From NCBI GenBank assembly GCA_039588295.1, contig JBDHAB010000002.1, positions 128,001 through 192,000 on the forward strand: a stretch of 64,000 nucleotides of DNA. Reading direction: 5' to 3'. The stretch is from Gemmatimonadota bacterium. Its GTDB lineage: Bacteria > Gemmatimonadota > Gemmatimonadetes > Gemmatimonadales > GWC2-71-9. The position numbers were made by a program, and so were the translations under genes. Position 1 is the first letter of the stretch, and every line of letters starts with the position of its first letter. A model generated the notes under the pieces. It saw nothing but the letters and a program-made list of their open reading frames with translations, had not been told where the DNA came from and ran no database searches. Below, in pieces: positions 1-9,154 of the stretch.

Positions 1-810
1 GTGCGCGTGGGCCCGACCCAGTTTCCGAAGCTCCACTCGCTGATGACGGAAGTCACGACCACGATGAACTGGCCGGACCAACCCGAGCTGTTCGTCTCGC
101 AGACCCCCATGGTGAATGCCGGGGCCGTCGGCGTCGAGCACCCGTTCATCGTCCTGAATTCCGGCGCCCTGAACTTGCTCGATGACGACGAGATGCGGGT
201 ACTGCTCGGTCACGAGCTGGGACACGTCATGAGCGGCCACGTGCTCTATCGCACAGTCACGATTCTCATCCTCACGCTTGGCTTCCGTAACCTCCCGTTC
301 CTCGCAGGCATCGTACTGCTCCCTATCCAGCTGGCGTTGCTCGAGTGGTATCGGAAGAGCGAGCTGTCCTCGGATCGTGCCGGCCTCCTGGCAAGCCAAG
401 ACTCCACGGCGGCCATGCGAGTATTCCTCAAGCTCGCTGGCGGTGGTGCCATGAAGGACATGGACCTCAACGCTTTCATGGAGCAAGCGCGCGAATACGA
501 GGCCATGGGAGGGCCGGTCGATGCGATCTACAAGATCCTCAACACCCTCGGCATGACGCATCCGTTTCACACCCTCCGCGCTGCCGAGCTCGAACGCTGG
601 ATCAGCGAGGGGAGCTACGACCGTATCCTCAAGGACGAGTACACGCACCGGGGGGAGGAGGAGGAGGAGCGGCCGCTGGGCTCCGACCTGGGTGAGGCGG
701 CGCGACATTACGCGCACGAAGCCAAGCAAACCGTCTCCCAGATGACCGACGCCGCCAAGCGCGCGGCGAGCGCATTCACCGACGCGCTCAAGGGTAAAGA
801 CAACCAGTGA
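1..810 (+). CDS. M48 family (HtpX/Ste24-like) zinc metallopeptidase, 5' end probably outside the window
   Basis: HELGH zinc motif, downstream ELSSDRAG and THP motifs typical of M48. Confidence 0.85.
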   Translation: MRVGPTQFPKLHSLMTEVTTTMNWPDQPELFVSQTPMVNAGAVGVEHPFIVLNSGALNLLDDDEMRVLLGHELGHVMSGHVLYRTVTILILTLGFRNLPFLAGIVLLPIQLALLEWYRKSELSSDRAGLLASQDSTAAMRVFLKLAGGGAMKDMDLNAFMEQAREYEAMGGPVDAIYKILNTLGMTHPFHTLRAAELERWISEGSYDRILKDEYTHRGEEEEERPLGSDLGEAARHYAHEAKQTVSQMTDAAKRAASAFTDALKGKDNQ

Positions 811-2084
811 ACGTCCTGGTCGTCGGGGGAGGCGGTCGCGAGCACGCTCTGTGTTGGGCGCTGGCGCGTTCGGCGACCGTCTCTTGCGCCCCCGGGAATC
901 CCGGCACGGCGCAGCTCGGGACCAACGTGGACGCGAGCCCCGACGACCACGAAGCGATCCTCGAGGCGGTCCGGTCTCACCGGATCGATCTTACCGTGAT
1001 CGGGCCGGAGGCGCCGCTCGCAGCGGGTCTGGTCGATTCCCTGAACGCGGCCGGTCATGCGGCGTTCGGTCCCACCGCGGCAGCAGCGCGGATCGAGTCG
1101 TCAAAGGCGTTTGCCAAGGAGGTGATGGTCGCGGCCGGCGTTCGCTGCGCGCACAGTCACATATTTACGGAAGAGGCAGCCGCCCTCGACTACGTGCGGA
1201 CCCACGCTGAACCCCTCGTGGTCAAGGCGTCGGGCCTGGCGGCCGGGAAGGGAGCCATCGTGTGCGAGACGCGCGAGGCGGCGCGCGCAGCGGTGCAGGA
1301 GATGTTTGGCGGCCGGTTCGGCGCAGCGGGCGAGACCGTGATCGTCGAGGAGTTCCTCACCGGCGAGGAGCTCTCCGTACTCGCGCTCACCGACGGCCGT
1401 CGAGTCATGATCCTCCCCGCATCCCAAGACCACAAGCGGATCGGCGAGGGCGACACCGGCCCCAACACCGGTGGCATGGGGGCCTACACCCCCGTCTCCA
1501 TCGCGGACGCACCGTTCCTCGAGCGAGTGCGCCAGGAGGTTTTGCTCCCGGTCCTGCGGCACCTCGCCGATGCCGGTACTCCCTACCGGGGCGTGCTCTA
1601 CGCCGGGCTCATGGTGCGCCCCAGCGGCGAGATCACGGTGCTCGAATTCAACTGTCGGTTCGGGGATCCCGAGACCCAGGTGGTGCTCCCCGTCCTCGAC
1701 GTGGATCTCGCCGACCACATGTGGCAGATCGCCAGCGGAGGGGCGTGGCGGCCAGAGCCGGCGATCTGCCCGTCACAGGGCGCGGCGGTGACGACTGTGG
1801 TCGCCGCTGCCGGCTACCCGGGCACCCCGCTCAAGCGGTCCGAGATCCGGCTCCCGGCCACGCTCCCAGGTGAGACACTGCTGTTCCACGCCGGGACGGC
1901 CACCGACTCCGAGGGCACGCTGCGAACGTGGGGCGGACGGGTCCTGTGCGCCACCGGACTCGGCCGGGACGTCCCAGAGGCCGCGGCGCGCAGCCGCCTC
2001 CTGGCCGAGCAGATCGTGTTCGAGGGACGCCAATATCGGCAGGACATTGCGTGGCGTGAGGTAGCGCGTGCCGGAGCTTCCTGA
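807..2084 (+). CDS. purD: Phosphoribosylamine--glycine ligase
   Basis: GGGGREHAL, KASGLAAGKG, QDHKR..GPNTGGMG and EFNCRFGDPE motifs. Confidence 0.97.
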   Translation: MNVLVVGGGGREHALCWALARSATVSCAPGNPGTAQLGTNVDASPDDHEAILEAVRSHRIDLTVIGPEAPLAAGLVDSLNAAGHAAFGPTAAAARIESSKAFAKEVMVAAGVRCAHSHIFTEEAAALDYVRTHAEPLVVKASGLAAGKGAIVCETREAARAAVQEMFGGRFGAAGETVIVEEFLTGEELSVLALTDGRRVMILPASQDHKRIGEGDTGPNTGGMGAYTPVSIADAPFLERVRQEVLLPVLRHLADAGTPYRGVLYAGLMVRPSGEITVLEFNCRFGDPETQVVLPVLDVDLADHMWQIASGGAWRPEPAICPSQGAAVTTVVAAAGYPGTPLKRSEIRLPATLPGETLLFHAGTATDSEGTLRTWGGRVLCATGLGRDVPEAAARSRLLAEQIVFEGRQYRQDIAWREVARAGAS

Positions 2085-2904
2085 GGTCGAAACGATCGTT
2101 CGCGACCTCCGCCCCTCCCTGATCGACCGCACCCTCACCAATCCTCGACTCCACCACCCCGGCGTCCTGCGTCGCGTCAGCGCCGCGCGGCTCCTGCGTA
2201 CCCTCCAGGGGAGCCGGATCGTGGAGGTGATGCGACGGGCCAAACATGTCGTGCTCGTCCTGGCGAACGACTACCGACTCATCATCCAGCCGCGGATGAC
2301 GGGCTTGTTCATGGTATACGATCGCCGCCTGCGACCATCGGAGCGACGCTATGCCGTCCTCGAGGTCGGGATCGGCCGCGGGGAGCGCCTGGTATTCCGC
2401 GACGTGCGACGCTTGGGCACGATCTGGCTGTTGAACGAACGAGGGTGGGCTACCTATACTGCTGCCATCGGCCCGGAGCCGCTGGCGCCCGGTTTCAGCG
2501 CGCGTAGTCTCGCCAGCCGGCTAGGGAGCTCTCGACAAGCGATCAAGAAGGTGTTGATGGATCAGCGCCGCCTGGCCGGCGTCGGGAACATCTACGCGAA
2601 CGAAGCGCTGTTCCGCGCCCGCATCGACCCGTCTCTACCCGCCAGCCGGTTGACCTCCGACCAGTGGCGATCGCTGCACCGGAACGTGCGTGCCGTGCTG
2701 CGCGAGGCGATCGCGGCACAAGGCACGACGGTCCGCGATTACCGCACCGGTACGGGTCAAAGCGGGTCGTTTCAGGAGATCCTCCGTGTCTACGGTCGGG
2801 GCGGTGAGCCGTGCGTCCGCTGCGGCACACCGCTGTGCACAACCCATGAGATCGATGGCCGGGCCACGACGTTTTGCTGGCACTGCCAGGGTGTAGTGCC
2901 ATGA
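2068..2904 (+). CDS. mutM: Formamidopyrimidine-DNA glycosylase/AP lyase
   Basis: N-terminal MPELPEVET, GVGNIYANEALF H2TH motif, C-terminal CxxC..CxxCQ zinc finger. Confidence 0.96.
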   Translation: MPELPEVETIVRDLRPSLIDRTLTNPRLHHPGVLRRVSAARLLRTLQGSRIVEVMRRAKHVVLVLANDYRLIIQPRMTGLFMVYDRRLRPSERRYAVLEVGIGRGERLVFRDVRRLGTIWLLNERGWATYTAAIGPEPLAPGFSARSLASRLGSSRQAIKKVLMDQRRLAGVGNIYANEALFRARIDPSLPASRLTSDQWRSLHRNVRAVLREAIAAQGTTVRDYRTGTGQSGSFQEILRVYGRGGEPCVRCGTPLCTTHEIDGRATTFCWHCQGVVP

Positions 2905-3920
2905 AGATCGCTGTGGTATTCGATACTCCACACGAGGGGTGGGAGGACGAGGACTTCAAGGCGGAGGTCGCCGCCGAGGTGGAGGAGGCGGAGTACGAAG
3001 TGGCGGAGGCACTGATGGCCAACGACCATGACGTGTTCATGGTGGGTGTAAACGATGACCTTCATCACTTGACCGCACAGCTTGCGGACTTCCGACCCGA
3101 TCTCGTGTTCAACTGTGCCGAGGGATTCCTGGGGGACTCCCTCCTGGACTATGTCTTCGCGGCGCTCCTTGAATCGGAGGGCTACCCGTACGTGGGATCA
3201 CCACCCATCGCCTTGCTCACAACCCGCAACAAGGCGATGAGCAAGAAGCTGCTGGCGTATCATGACATCCAGGTGCCCGGGTTCGCGACCTACCATCTCG
3301 CGGACCAGGTGCGTGAGGTGCCCCATCTCACGTTCCCTCTCATCGTCAAGCCGTTACAGGAGGATGCGTCGGAGGGGATTGCGATCGCATCGGTCGTACG
3401 GGACGTCGATGCCTTGGCTGAGCGGGTTCGGTTCGTGCACGAGAGCTTCGGCCAGCCGGCCATCGCCGAGGAGTTCGTCGAGGGCCGGGAGTTGTACGTC
3501 AGCATCATCGGGAATGGTTCCCATCTCGACATTCTGCCGATCGTCGAGATGGTATTCGACAAGGACCGCACCCGACCCGAAGAGCGGATCGCGACAAAAT
3601 CTGCGAAATGGGACGTCCCGTACCGCGAACGGAAGGGCATCCGCAACGTCTTCGCCCGGCCCATCGCTCAGGCTTCGCTGGAGCAGATCGAGCACATCTG
3701 CCGAATGGCGTTTCGCTCACTCTGGCTGCGGGATTACGCTCGGCTCGACGTGCGACTCACGCCCGAAGGTGCCGTGTGGGTCATCGAGGCAAACGCCAAT
3801 CCATTCATTAGCTTTGGGCACGACATGGCCAACGCGGCGGAGAAGGCCGGCATGGACTACTACGCCTTCATTCAACGCATCGTGGAGGTCGCACTGGGGC
3901 GACATGGGCACGACTCGTAG
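2901..3920 (+). CDS. D-Ala-D-Ala-ligase-like ATP-grasp enzyme (non-canonical)
   Basis: PLIVKP..EDASEGI, EEFVEGRE, YARLDVR, IEANANP; ATG overlaps the mutM stop (ATGA); lacks the canonical Ddl GGxSxE N-terminus. Confidence 0.85.
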   Translation: MKIAVVFDTPHEGWEDEDFKAEVAAEVEEAEYEVAEALMANDHDVFMVGVNDDLHHLTAQLADFRPDLVFNCAEGFLGDSLLDYVFAALLESEGYPYVGSPPIALLTTRNKAMSKKLLAYHDIQVPGFATYHLADQVREVPHLTFPLIVKPLQEDASEGIAIASVVRDVDALAERVRFVHESFGQPAIAEEFVEGRELYVSIIGNGSHLDILPIVEMVFDKDRTRPEERIATKSAKWDVPYRERKGIRNVFARPIAQASLEQIEHICRMAFRSLWLRDYARLDVRLTPEGAVWVIEANANPFISFGHDMANAAEKAGMDYYAFIQRIVEVALGRHGHDS

Positions 3921-4914
3921 ACGGCACCGACACCCGACCCCGCACCTCGAGCCGCGCTGCAAATGCGGTCGGGCTGTCGAGCGATTCTGGCCGTACTGCC
4001 CGTGGTGCGGGCGCTCATTGGTTTGGGAGGACGATCCACCGGTTACCGAGGCGGAGTGCTACTACTGCGGATGGGTCGTGTCGGATGTCCACTCACACTG
4101 CCCGTGGTGTGGTTCCGACATCTACGAGGAGCAGATCTCGGCTGAAGAGCCCCTCAAGGCACCGAAGGGATTCCGCTTCGACGCCTGGTGTGACTGGGGC
4201 TGCGGCGGCGGGGTGCAGTACCCGATGCCCCACTGTCCGTGGTGCGGGCGCGAGCAGACGTGGGACGACGGCGCGTATGAGGGCACGTGCCCGCACTGCG
4301 ACCGCGGCGTGGACGACTGGATGGATGTATGTCCGTGGTGCGGCTTCGATGCGACCGGACGCGACATGATCGCGCGGGCGCTGACCCGGGTGAACCGCCT
4401 GCTGCTCGTCTCACGGATCAGGGACTGGGGCTATCGCGTCCTCTTGCGTCCCGGCGTCTCGGGAGTGGACCCCCGAGCCCCGCGGATCATTGAGCTGGAC
4501 CGGAGCTACGTGTTCGGTGCCTGGCGGCGCGACGAGATTCCCTGGACCCTCCTGGTCGGTCTCGTGTGTCACGAGCTGGGCCACAGCTTTCTCTACCACC
4601 ACTGGTCGTGGACCCGCACCGAGGCGTTCCGCCGGGTGTTTGGGGAGGTACACAAGGCCTACCGCGTACGGGATGACACCTGGGTCTCGTTCCATCGGAG
4701 GCGGGTGAGCCTGGGCAACTCCCAACACGTCACCGCCTATGCGGCAACGCATCCGCTGGAGGACTTCGCGGAGGTGTTTCGCTTCTATGTGACACGCCGC
4801 GGACGGATGAAAGAGTTGCTTGCGGAGTTGGGCCACCGCCGAAAGGACGTCGTGGTCTACGAAAAATTCCTCCTCCTGCACCGCTTGGTGCGATCGCTCA
4901 GAGGATGGCGGTAG
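3904..4914 (+). CDS. Four zinc-ribbon repeats fused to a putative zinc metallopeptidase (Peptidase_Mx-like)
   Basis: Four Cys-pair...CPWCG units, then HELGHSF and YAATHPLEDFAEVF; start chosen at ATG 3904, overlapping the end of the upstream gene. Confidence 0.75.
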   Translation: MGTTRRRHRHPTPHLEPRCKCGRAVERFWPYCPWCGRSLVWEDDPPVTEAECYYCGWVVSDVHSHCPWCGSDIYEEQISAEEPLKAPKGFRFDAWCDWGCGGGVQYPMPHCPWCGREQTWDDGAYEGTCPHCDRGVDDWMDVCPWCGFDATGRDMIARALTRVNRLLLVSRIRDWGYRVLLRPGVSGVDPRAPRIIELDRSYVFGAWRRDEIPWTLLVGLVCHELGHSFLYHHWSWTRTEAFRRVFGEVHKAYRVRDDTWVSFHRRRVSLGNSQHVTAYAATHPLEDFAEVFRFYVTRRGRMKELLAELGHRRKDVVVYEKFLLLHRLVRSLRGWR

Positions 4915-6026
4915 CCAGGGTCCTCACTCTGCCACTCGGCGACGTGGAGCGCCTGAAGCGTCGCGTCGTCGCGCTCGCCGAGAACCGCCCCGCTGTCTAT
5001 CGCATGGTGGACCCCACCGGGCGCGTCATTTACGTGGGGAAAGCCAATCGTCTTCGCGCACGCCTGCTGAGTTACTTTCGCGCACGATATCCGGAGAAGA
5101 AGGCCTCCAGAATCCTGCAGGCATCCGCAGACATCGTTTGGGACTACGTGCCGTCGGAGTTTGCCGCCCTGTTGAGCGAGCTTCGGCAGATCCGTCGGCA
5201 TCGGCCGCTGTTCAACGTGCGGATGAATCGCACACGGCCGGCGGCGTTCATCAAGATCTCCGGCGGAGCGGCTCCCAAGGTGTATGTGGGTCGAACGCCC
5301 GGGACGGACGACGTGCGCCACTACGGACCATTCCTCGGCACCGCTCGTCTCCAGGAGGGCGTCAGGGTCCTCAACGACCTGTTGGGTCTCCGTGACTGTT
5401 CCTTGCGGATGCCGATTGTCTACCGAGAACAGCGAGATCTGTTCGACGCCGACGCACGGGCTGCCTGCATGCGTCACGACCTGGGAACCTGCACAGGCCC
5501 ATGTGCGGGCCTGGTCACTGAGCACGATTACCGGAGCAGAGTGGGCGCCGCCGTCGCATTCATCGAGGGCCGTGCGGTCGCACCGCTGGATCGGGTGATC
5601 ACGACGATGACCGGTGCAAGCGAGGCCGAAGACTTCGAGCACGCTGCCAGGTGGCGGGACAAGTTCGACACGTTGACGTGGCTGCTCAGTGCGTGCACCC
5701 GCTTACACACTACGCTCGAGAGTCTGAGCTTCGTCTATGTCGATCCCGGGGTCTACGGTGACGACCGCGCCTACGTTATCCGACGTGCGGTTGTGTGCGC
5801 CGCTGCTCCCGCGCCCCACACCCCAATCGAGATCGAGGCGTTTCGGGCACTAGTTGCCGAACATGCCGGCACGCGTGCGGAACCCGGTCCGATTCCGCCG
5901 GAGACGATCGATGAGACGGTGTTGCTGCTCGGGTGGTTCAGAAAGAAGCCACACACGCTGAACCGGACGGTGCCGCTCGACGAATGGCTCGATCGGCACG
6001 ACACTGAGCGCGGTACCGCAGCATGA
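4905..6026 (+). CDS. UvrC-like (Cho-type) GIY-YIG endonuclease
   Basis: PAVYRM..IYVGKANRLRARLLSYF, Cys cluster C..CM..CTGPC, UVR-like EDFEHAARWRD; no RNase H or HhH C-terminal half. Confidence 0.85.
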   Translation: MAVARVLTLPLGDVERLKRRVVALAENRPAVYRMVDPTGRVIYVGKANRLRARLLSYFRARYPEKKASRILQASADIVWDYVPSEFAALLSELRQIRRHRPLFNVRMNRTRPAAFIKISGGAAPKVYVGRTPGTDDVRHYGPFLGTARLQEGVRVLNDLLGLRDCSLRMPIVYREQRDLFDADARAACMRHDLGTCTGPCAGLVTEHDYRSRVGAAVAFIEGRAVAPLDRVITTMTGASEAEDFEHAARWRDKFDTLTWLLSACTRLHTTLESLSFVYVDPGVYGDDRAYVIRRAVVCAAAPAPHTPIEIEAFRALVAEHAGTRAEPGPIPPETIDETVLLLGWFRKKPHTLNRTVPLDEWLDRHDTERGTAA

Positions 6027-7003
6027 GTATGCCGATCGCACTGCTCGAGGTGGCGGCCGGTCTCGTGATCCTGTACGCCGGGGGACATGTCCTGGTGCAG
6101 GGAGCGACAGTGCTGGCACTGCTCGCTCGCGTTTCGACCACCGTCGTCGCGCTCACGGTCGTGGCCATGGGCACCAGCTTGCCGGAGCTCGCAGTCAGTC
6201 TCGATGCCGCAGCCCGTGGATCGACCGACATCGCGTACGCGAACATCATCGGATCGAGCGTCTTCAACATCGGCGCGATCCTGGGAACCGCCGCGCTCAT
6301 CGCGGTGATACCGGTCCGGCGACAGACGATTCGATTCGAGTACCCCGTCATGTTCTTCGTCGCCTGCCTCGTGCTCGTGCTGGCACGCGACGGGATTGTC
6401 GATCGACTAGAGGGAGGCTTCCTGGTGATCGGCCTGTCTCTGTTCATTGCCTCCATGGCGTACGTGGCACGCCGAGGCGTTCCGACTACCGAAACGGCCG
6501 CGCTGGAGCGCGACGTCAAGCGCACCGCGCACACGAAGGAAGGCGCGGGATGGGCGTGGGGACGAAACCTCGGCCTCGTTGGACTCGGTATCGTTGCCCT
6601 CGTAGGAGGGGCGCATCTCGCGGTGGCCGGTGGTGTGACCATCGCGCAGATGCTGGGGGTCGAAGAGCGCGTCATCGGGCTCACGGTGATCGCCATGGGA
6701 ACCAGCCTCCCTGAGCTGGCCACCTGTGTCGCGGCGACCCGCCAAGGAGAGCCCGAGATCGCGCTGGGCAACGTCGTGGGGTCGAATATCTTCAATCTTC
6801 TCGCGATTCTGGGGATCACAGCCACCGTGTTCCCAGTGCCGGTGCATCCCCGCGCCGGAGCCGTCGACAACTGGGTGATGCTCACGTTCGCCGCCGTACT
6901 ATTTCCCATGATGCTTCTCGGGCGGAGGGTCTCGCGGAGGGACGGAGTCTTGCTAGTGGCGGGGTTCCTGACCTACATGACGTACGTCGTGGTGACGCGG
7001 TAG
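6023..7003 (+). CDS. Calcium/sodium antiporter (CaCA, YrbG-like)
   Basis: Two GTSLPEL alpha repeats, GNVVGSNIFN, about 10 TM segments. Confidence 0.93.
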   Translation: MSMPIALLEVAAGLVILYAGGHVLVQGATVLALLARVSTTVVALTVVAMGTSLPELAVSLDAAARGSTDIAYANIIGSSVFNIGAILGTAALIAVIPVRRQTIRFEYPVMFFVACLVLVLARDGIVDRLEGGFLVIGLSLFIASMAYVARRGVPTTETAALERDVKRTAHTKEGAGWAWGRNLGLVGLGIVALVGGAHLAVAGGVTIAQMLGVEERVIGLTVIAMGTSLPELATCVAATRQGEPEIALGNVVGSNIFNLLAILGITATVFPVPVHPRAGAVDNWVMLTFAAVLFPMMLLGRRVSRRDGVLLVAGFLTYMTYVVVTR

Positions 7004-7026
7004 ATCGCCGACCCAACCACCGGATC

Positions 7027-7503
7027 CTACGCCAGCGGCACCATACGCGCGCGCGGCGGGATACCGGGCTCGAGCTCCATGATTCCCACCGTGGGCGGAA
7101 CACCGAACCGTGCCACTCCCGCCGACCCCGGGTTCATCACCGTGACCGTCTTGTCCACCAGCTCGAGGTGCGCCTCGTGCGTGTGACCGTACACGATGAT
7201 CTCGGCCTCGGGAAACGCGTCACGCAGCCGCGCCGGCGTCGGAGAGCCGAACTGATCGCCGTGGGTTACGACCACGATGAATCCGTCCAACTCGCAGGTC
7301 GCGACCTGCGGGTACTTCGCCCGAACATCAAATCCATCGGTGTTGCCGAACACCGCCGTGACCGGCGCAGCGGCCTCCAATTCGGTGAGGAGCTCGAGCC
7401 CCCCGATGTCTCCTGCGTGAAGGATGTGATCCACCTCGGCAAAGACATCGAACACCGCAGCAGGGAGTTTCCCGTGCGTGTCGGAGATGATCCCGAGCCT
7501 CAA
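7027..7503 (-). CDS. YfcE/MJ0936-family metallophosphoesterase
   Basis: SDTH, HAGD, GNTD, THGD, GHTH and NPGS motifs. Confidence 0.92.
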   Translation of the reverse strand: MRLGIISDTHGKLPAAVFDVFAEVDHILHAGDIGGLELLTELEAAAPVTAVFGNTDGFDVRAKYPQVATCELDGFIVVVTHGDQFGSPTPARLRDAFPEAEIIVYGHTHEAHLELVDKTVTVMNPGSAGVARFGVPPTVGIMELEPGIPPRARMVPLA

Positions 7504-7522
7504 CGGCGAACCCCCGCCCGGC

Positions 7523-7699
7523 TCATCGCCCTCGTCGGCTCGGAGTAGGCGTCTTATGCGGGTGCCGTGGTGGCCCCGATGGCGGCGGAGTCCGGGGAGA
7601 CGGAATCCGTCGCCTCGTTTCGCGCTCTTCTCCCTTCTCCGGTCTCCCCTTTTCCCTCCCTCCCGGCTTCCCTTTGCCGGACCGCCTCTTGTCGGTCAT
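7523..7699 (-). CDS. Small basic low-complexity protein (58 aa), putative
   Basis: ATG overlaps the ubiE stop (ATGA); fills the gap to the phosphoesterase gene; K/R/G/P/E-rich. Confidence 0.45.
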   Translation of the reverse strand: MTDKRRSGKGKPGGREKGRPEKGEERETRRRIPSPRTPPPSGPPRHPHKTPTPSRRGR

Positions 7700-8424
7700 C
7701 GACGCGTCCCCCAATACAGTGACGCAACACCGCGCGTGAGCGCCTGGGCGCCCACGTCGCGGAACCCGTGACGGCGCAGCTGCGCGCACAGCTCGCGCGG
7801 GTTGGCAAATTCCGCGACCGATGCTGGCAGGTACGTGTAGCCGCTCGTATGTTTGGACACCACTCGGCCGATCCGTGGGAGGACGCGGAGGAAGTACAGG
7901 AGGTACAGCTGACGGATCGGCCACGCGGTCGGCAGGGAAAACTCGAGAATCACGAGCCGGCCCCCACGCTTCACCACGCGCGCTATCTCCGCCAGGCCCG
8001 CATCGGTGTCCGCCAAGTTCCGCAGACCAAACGCGATCATGCAGCCATCGAATGTTTCGGCACGAAACGGCAACACGAGCGCATCGGCACCCACCGCCGA
8101 CGTACGCTCTGCCTTGCCGATCCCCAGTCGGAGCATGGGGACCACGAAATCCGCTCCAATGACACGCCCGGTGAACGAGGGTTGGCGAGCCAGCTCGGCA
8201 GCCAGATCCAACGTGCCCGCGCACACGTCCAGAAACGTCCCGCGGGGCGATGCCTGCCAGCCCAACTGCCGCACGGCAGCCCGGCGCCATCGGCGGTCCA
8301 CGTTGAGACTAAGCACATGATTGAGGAGGTCATAGCGCGGGGCGATGGCAGTAAACATCTGGCGCACGTACGACCGCCTGGCGTCACCTGCCGGCAGCTT
8401 CACGTCCGGAGGGGTGGCATTCAT
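7696..8424 (-). CDS. ubiE: UbiE/MenG C-methyltransferase
   Basis: MFTAIAPRYDLLNHVLS, LDVCAGTLD, FGLRN and YLPASV motifs. Confidence 0.9.
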   Translation of the reverse strand: MNATPPDVKLPAGDARRSYVRQMFTAIAPRYDLLNHVLSLNVDRRWRRAAVRQLGWQASPRGTFLDVCAGTLDLAAELARQPSFTGRVIGADFVVPMLRLGIGKAERTSAVGADALVLPFRAETFDGCMIAFGLRNLADTDAGLAEIARVVKRGGRLVILEFSLPTAWPIRQLYLLYFLRVLPRIGRVVSKHTSGYTYLPASVAEFANPRELCAQLRRHGFRDVGAQALTRGVASLYWGTRR

Positions 8425-8474
8425 GGCCGCCAAGATACTGGCACGCTTAAACTTGCCGCAAGGACGGTGCAGTC

Positions 8475-8501
8475 TGAAACAAACGGCGCTCAGGCGGGGT
8501 A
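8475..8501 (+). promoter_or_regulatory. Putative SigW-type autoregulatory promoter
   Basis: TGAAAC-N17-GGTA directly upstream of the ECF gene (consensus TGAAAC-N16/17-CGTA). Confidence 0.55.
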
Positions 8502-8516
8502 GTGTCCCTCAGCGGC

Positions 8517-9119
8517 ATGGCCAACCCACCCGAGATCTCCACCGCCACTGACCAACAGGTCGTGGCACAGGCGCGTGACGGCGCGGAGGCTGCCTACCGA
8601 GAGCTGCTGCGGCGGTACGAGCGGCCCGTGTACTCGCTGATCTACCGCATGGTGCGAGATCGCGAGTTGTCCGAGGATCTCACGCAGGAAACGTTCGTGA
8701 AAGTGCTGAACGCCCTCGACCGCTACCGGCCCGAGTTCAAGTTTTCGTCCTGGATCTTCAAGATCGCCAACAACGCAGCCATCGATCAGTTGCGGCGACG
8801 GGGCCTCGATACGCTCTCGCTCGAGGGTGGCCCCGATGCCACGACACCGGACCGTGTCGACGCCACATCACTCCAGGTTGGAGCGGGCGGCGAGTCTCCG
8901 CTCGAAGAGCTGGAAGCCAGAGAGCTCGGACACTCCATCGAGCGTGCGATCGGGCAGCTCAGACCCGAGTACCGCGCATGTATCATCATGAGACATGTCG
9001 AGGGTCGTGCCTACGATGAAATCTCCGATATTCTCGGGCTCCCGCTCGGGACCGTGAAGACCTACATCCATCGCGCGCGGGCCGAACTGCGTACCGCGCT
9101 GGGCCATCTGAAGGAGTGA
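8517..9119 (+). CDS. ECF RNA polymerase sigma factor (SigW/RpoE-like)
   Basis: EDLTQETFVKV, KFSSWIFKIANN, YDEISDILGLPLGTVKTYIHRAR. Confidence 0.93.
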   Translation: MANPPEISTATDQQVVAQARDGAEAAYRELLRRYERPVYSLIYRMVRDRELSEDLTQETFVKVLNALDRYRPEFKFSSWIFKIANNAAIDQLRRRGLDTLSLEGGPDATTPDRVDATSLQVGAGGESPLEELEARELGHSIERAIGQLRPEYRACIIMRHVEGRAYDEISDILGLPLGTVKTYIHRARAELRTALGHLKE

Positions 9120-9142
9120 AACCGATGGACACACGGTCCGTA
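9117..9142 (+). promoter_or_regulatory. SigW-type promoter overlapping the sigma gene stop codon
   Basis: Exact TGAAAC(9117-9122)-N16-CGTA(9139-9142). Confidence 0.7.
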
Positions 9143-9154
9143 GGGAATGACGGA

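Noticed and set aside
3262..3903. N-terminal extension of the 550-aa ORF
   Set aside because: Overlaps the ATP-grasp gene out of frame and has shadow-ORF composition; the true start is likely 3904
2901..3920. Canonical ddl or vancomycin-resistance ligase
   Set aside because: Lacks the GGxSxEH and HGxxGEDG motifs; no cell-wall or van genes nearby
4905..6026. Full-length uvrC
   Set aside because: Too short; no RNase H-like or HhH domains
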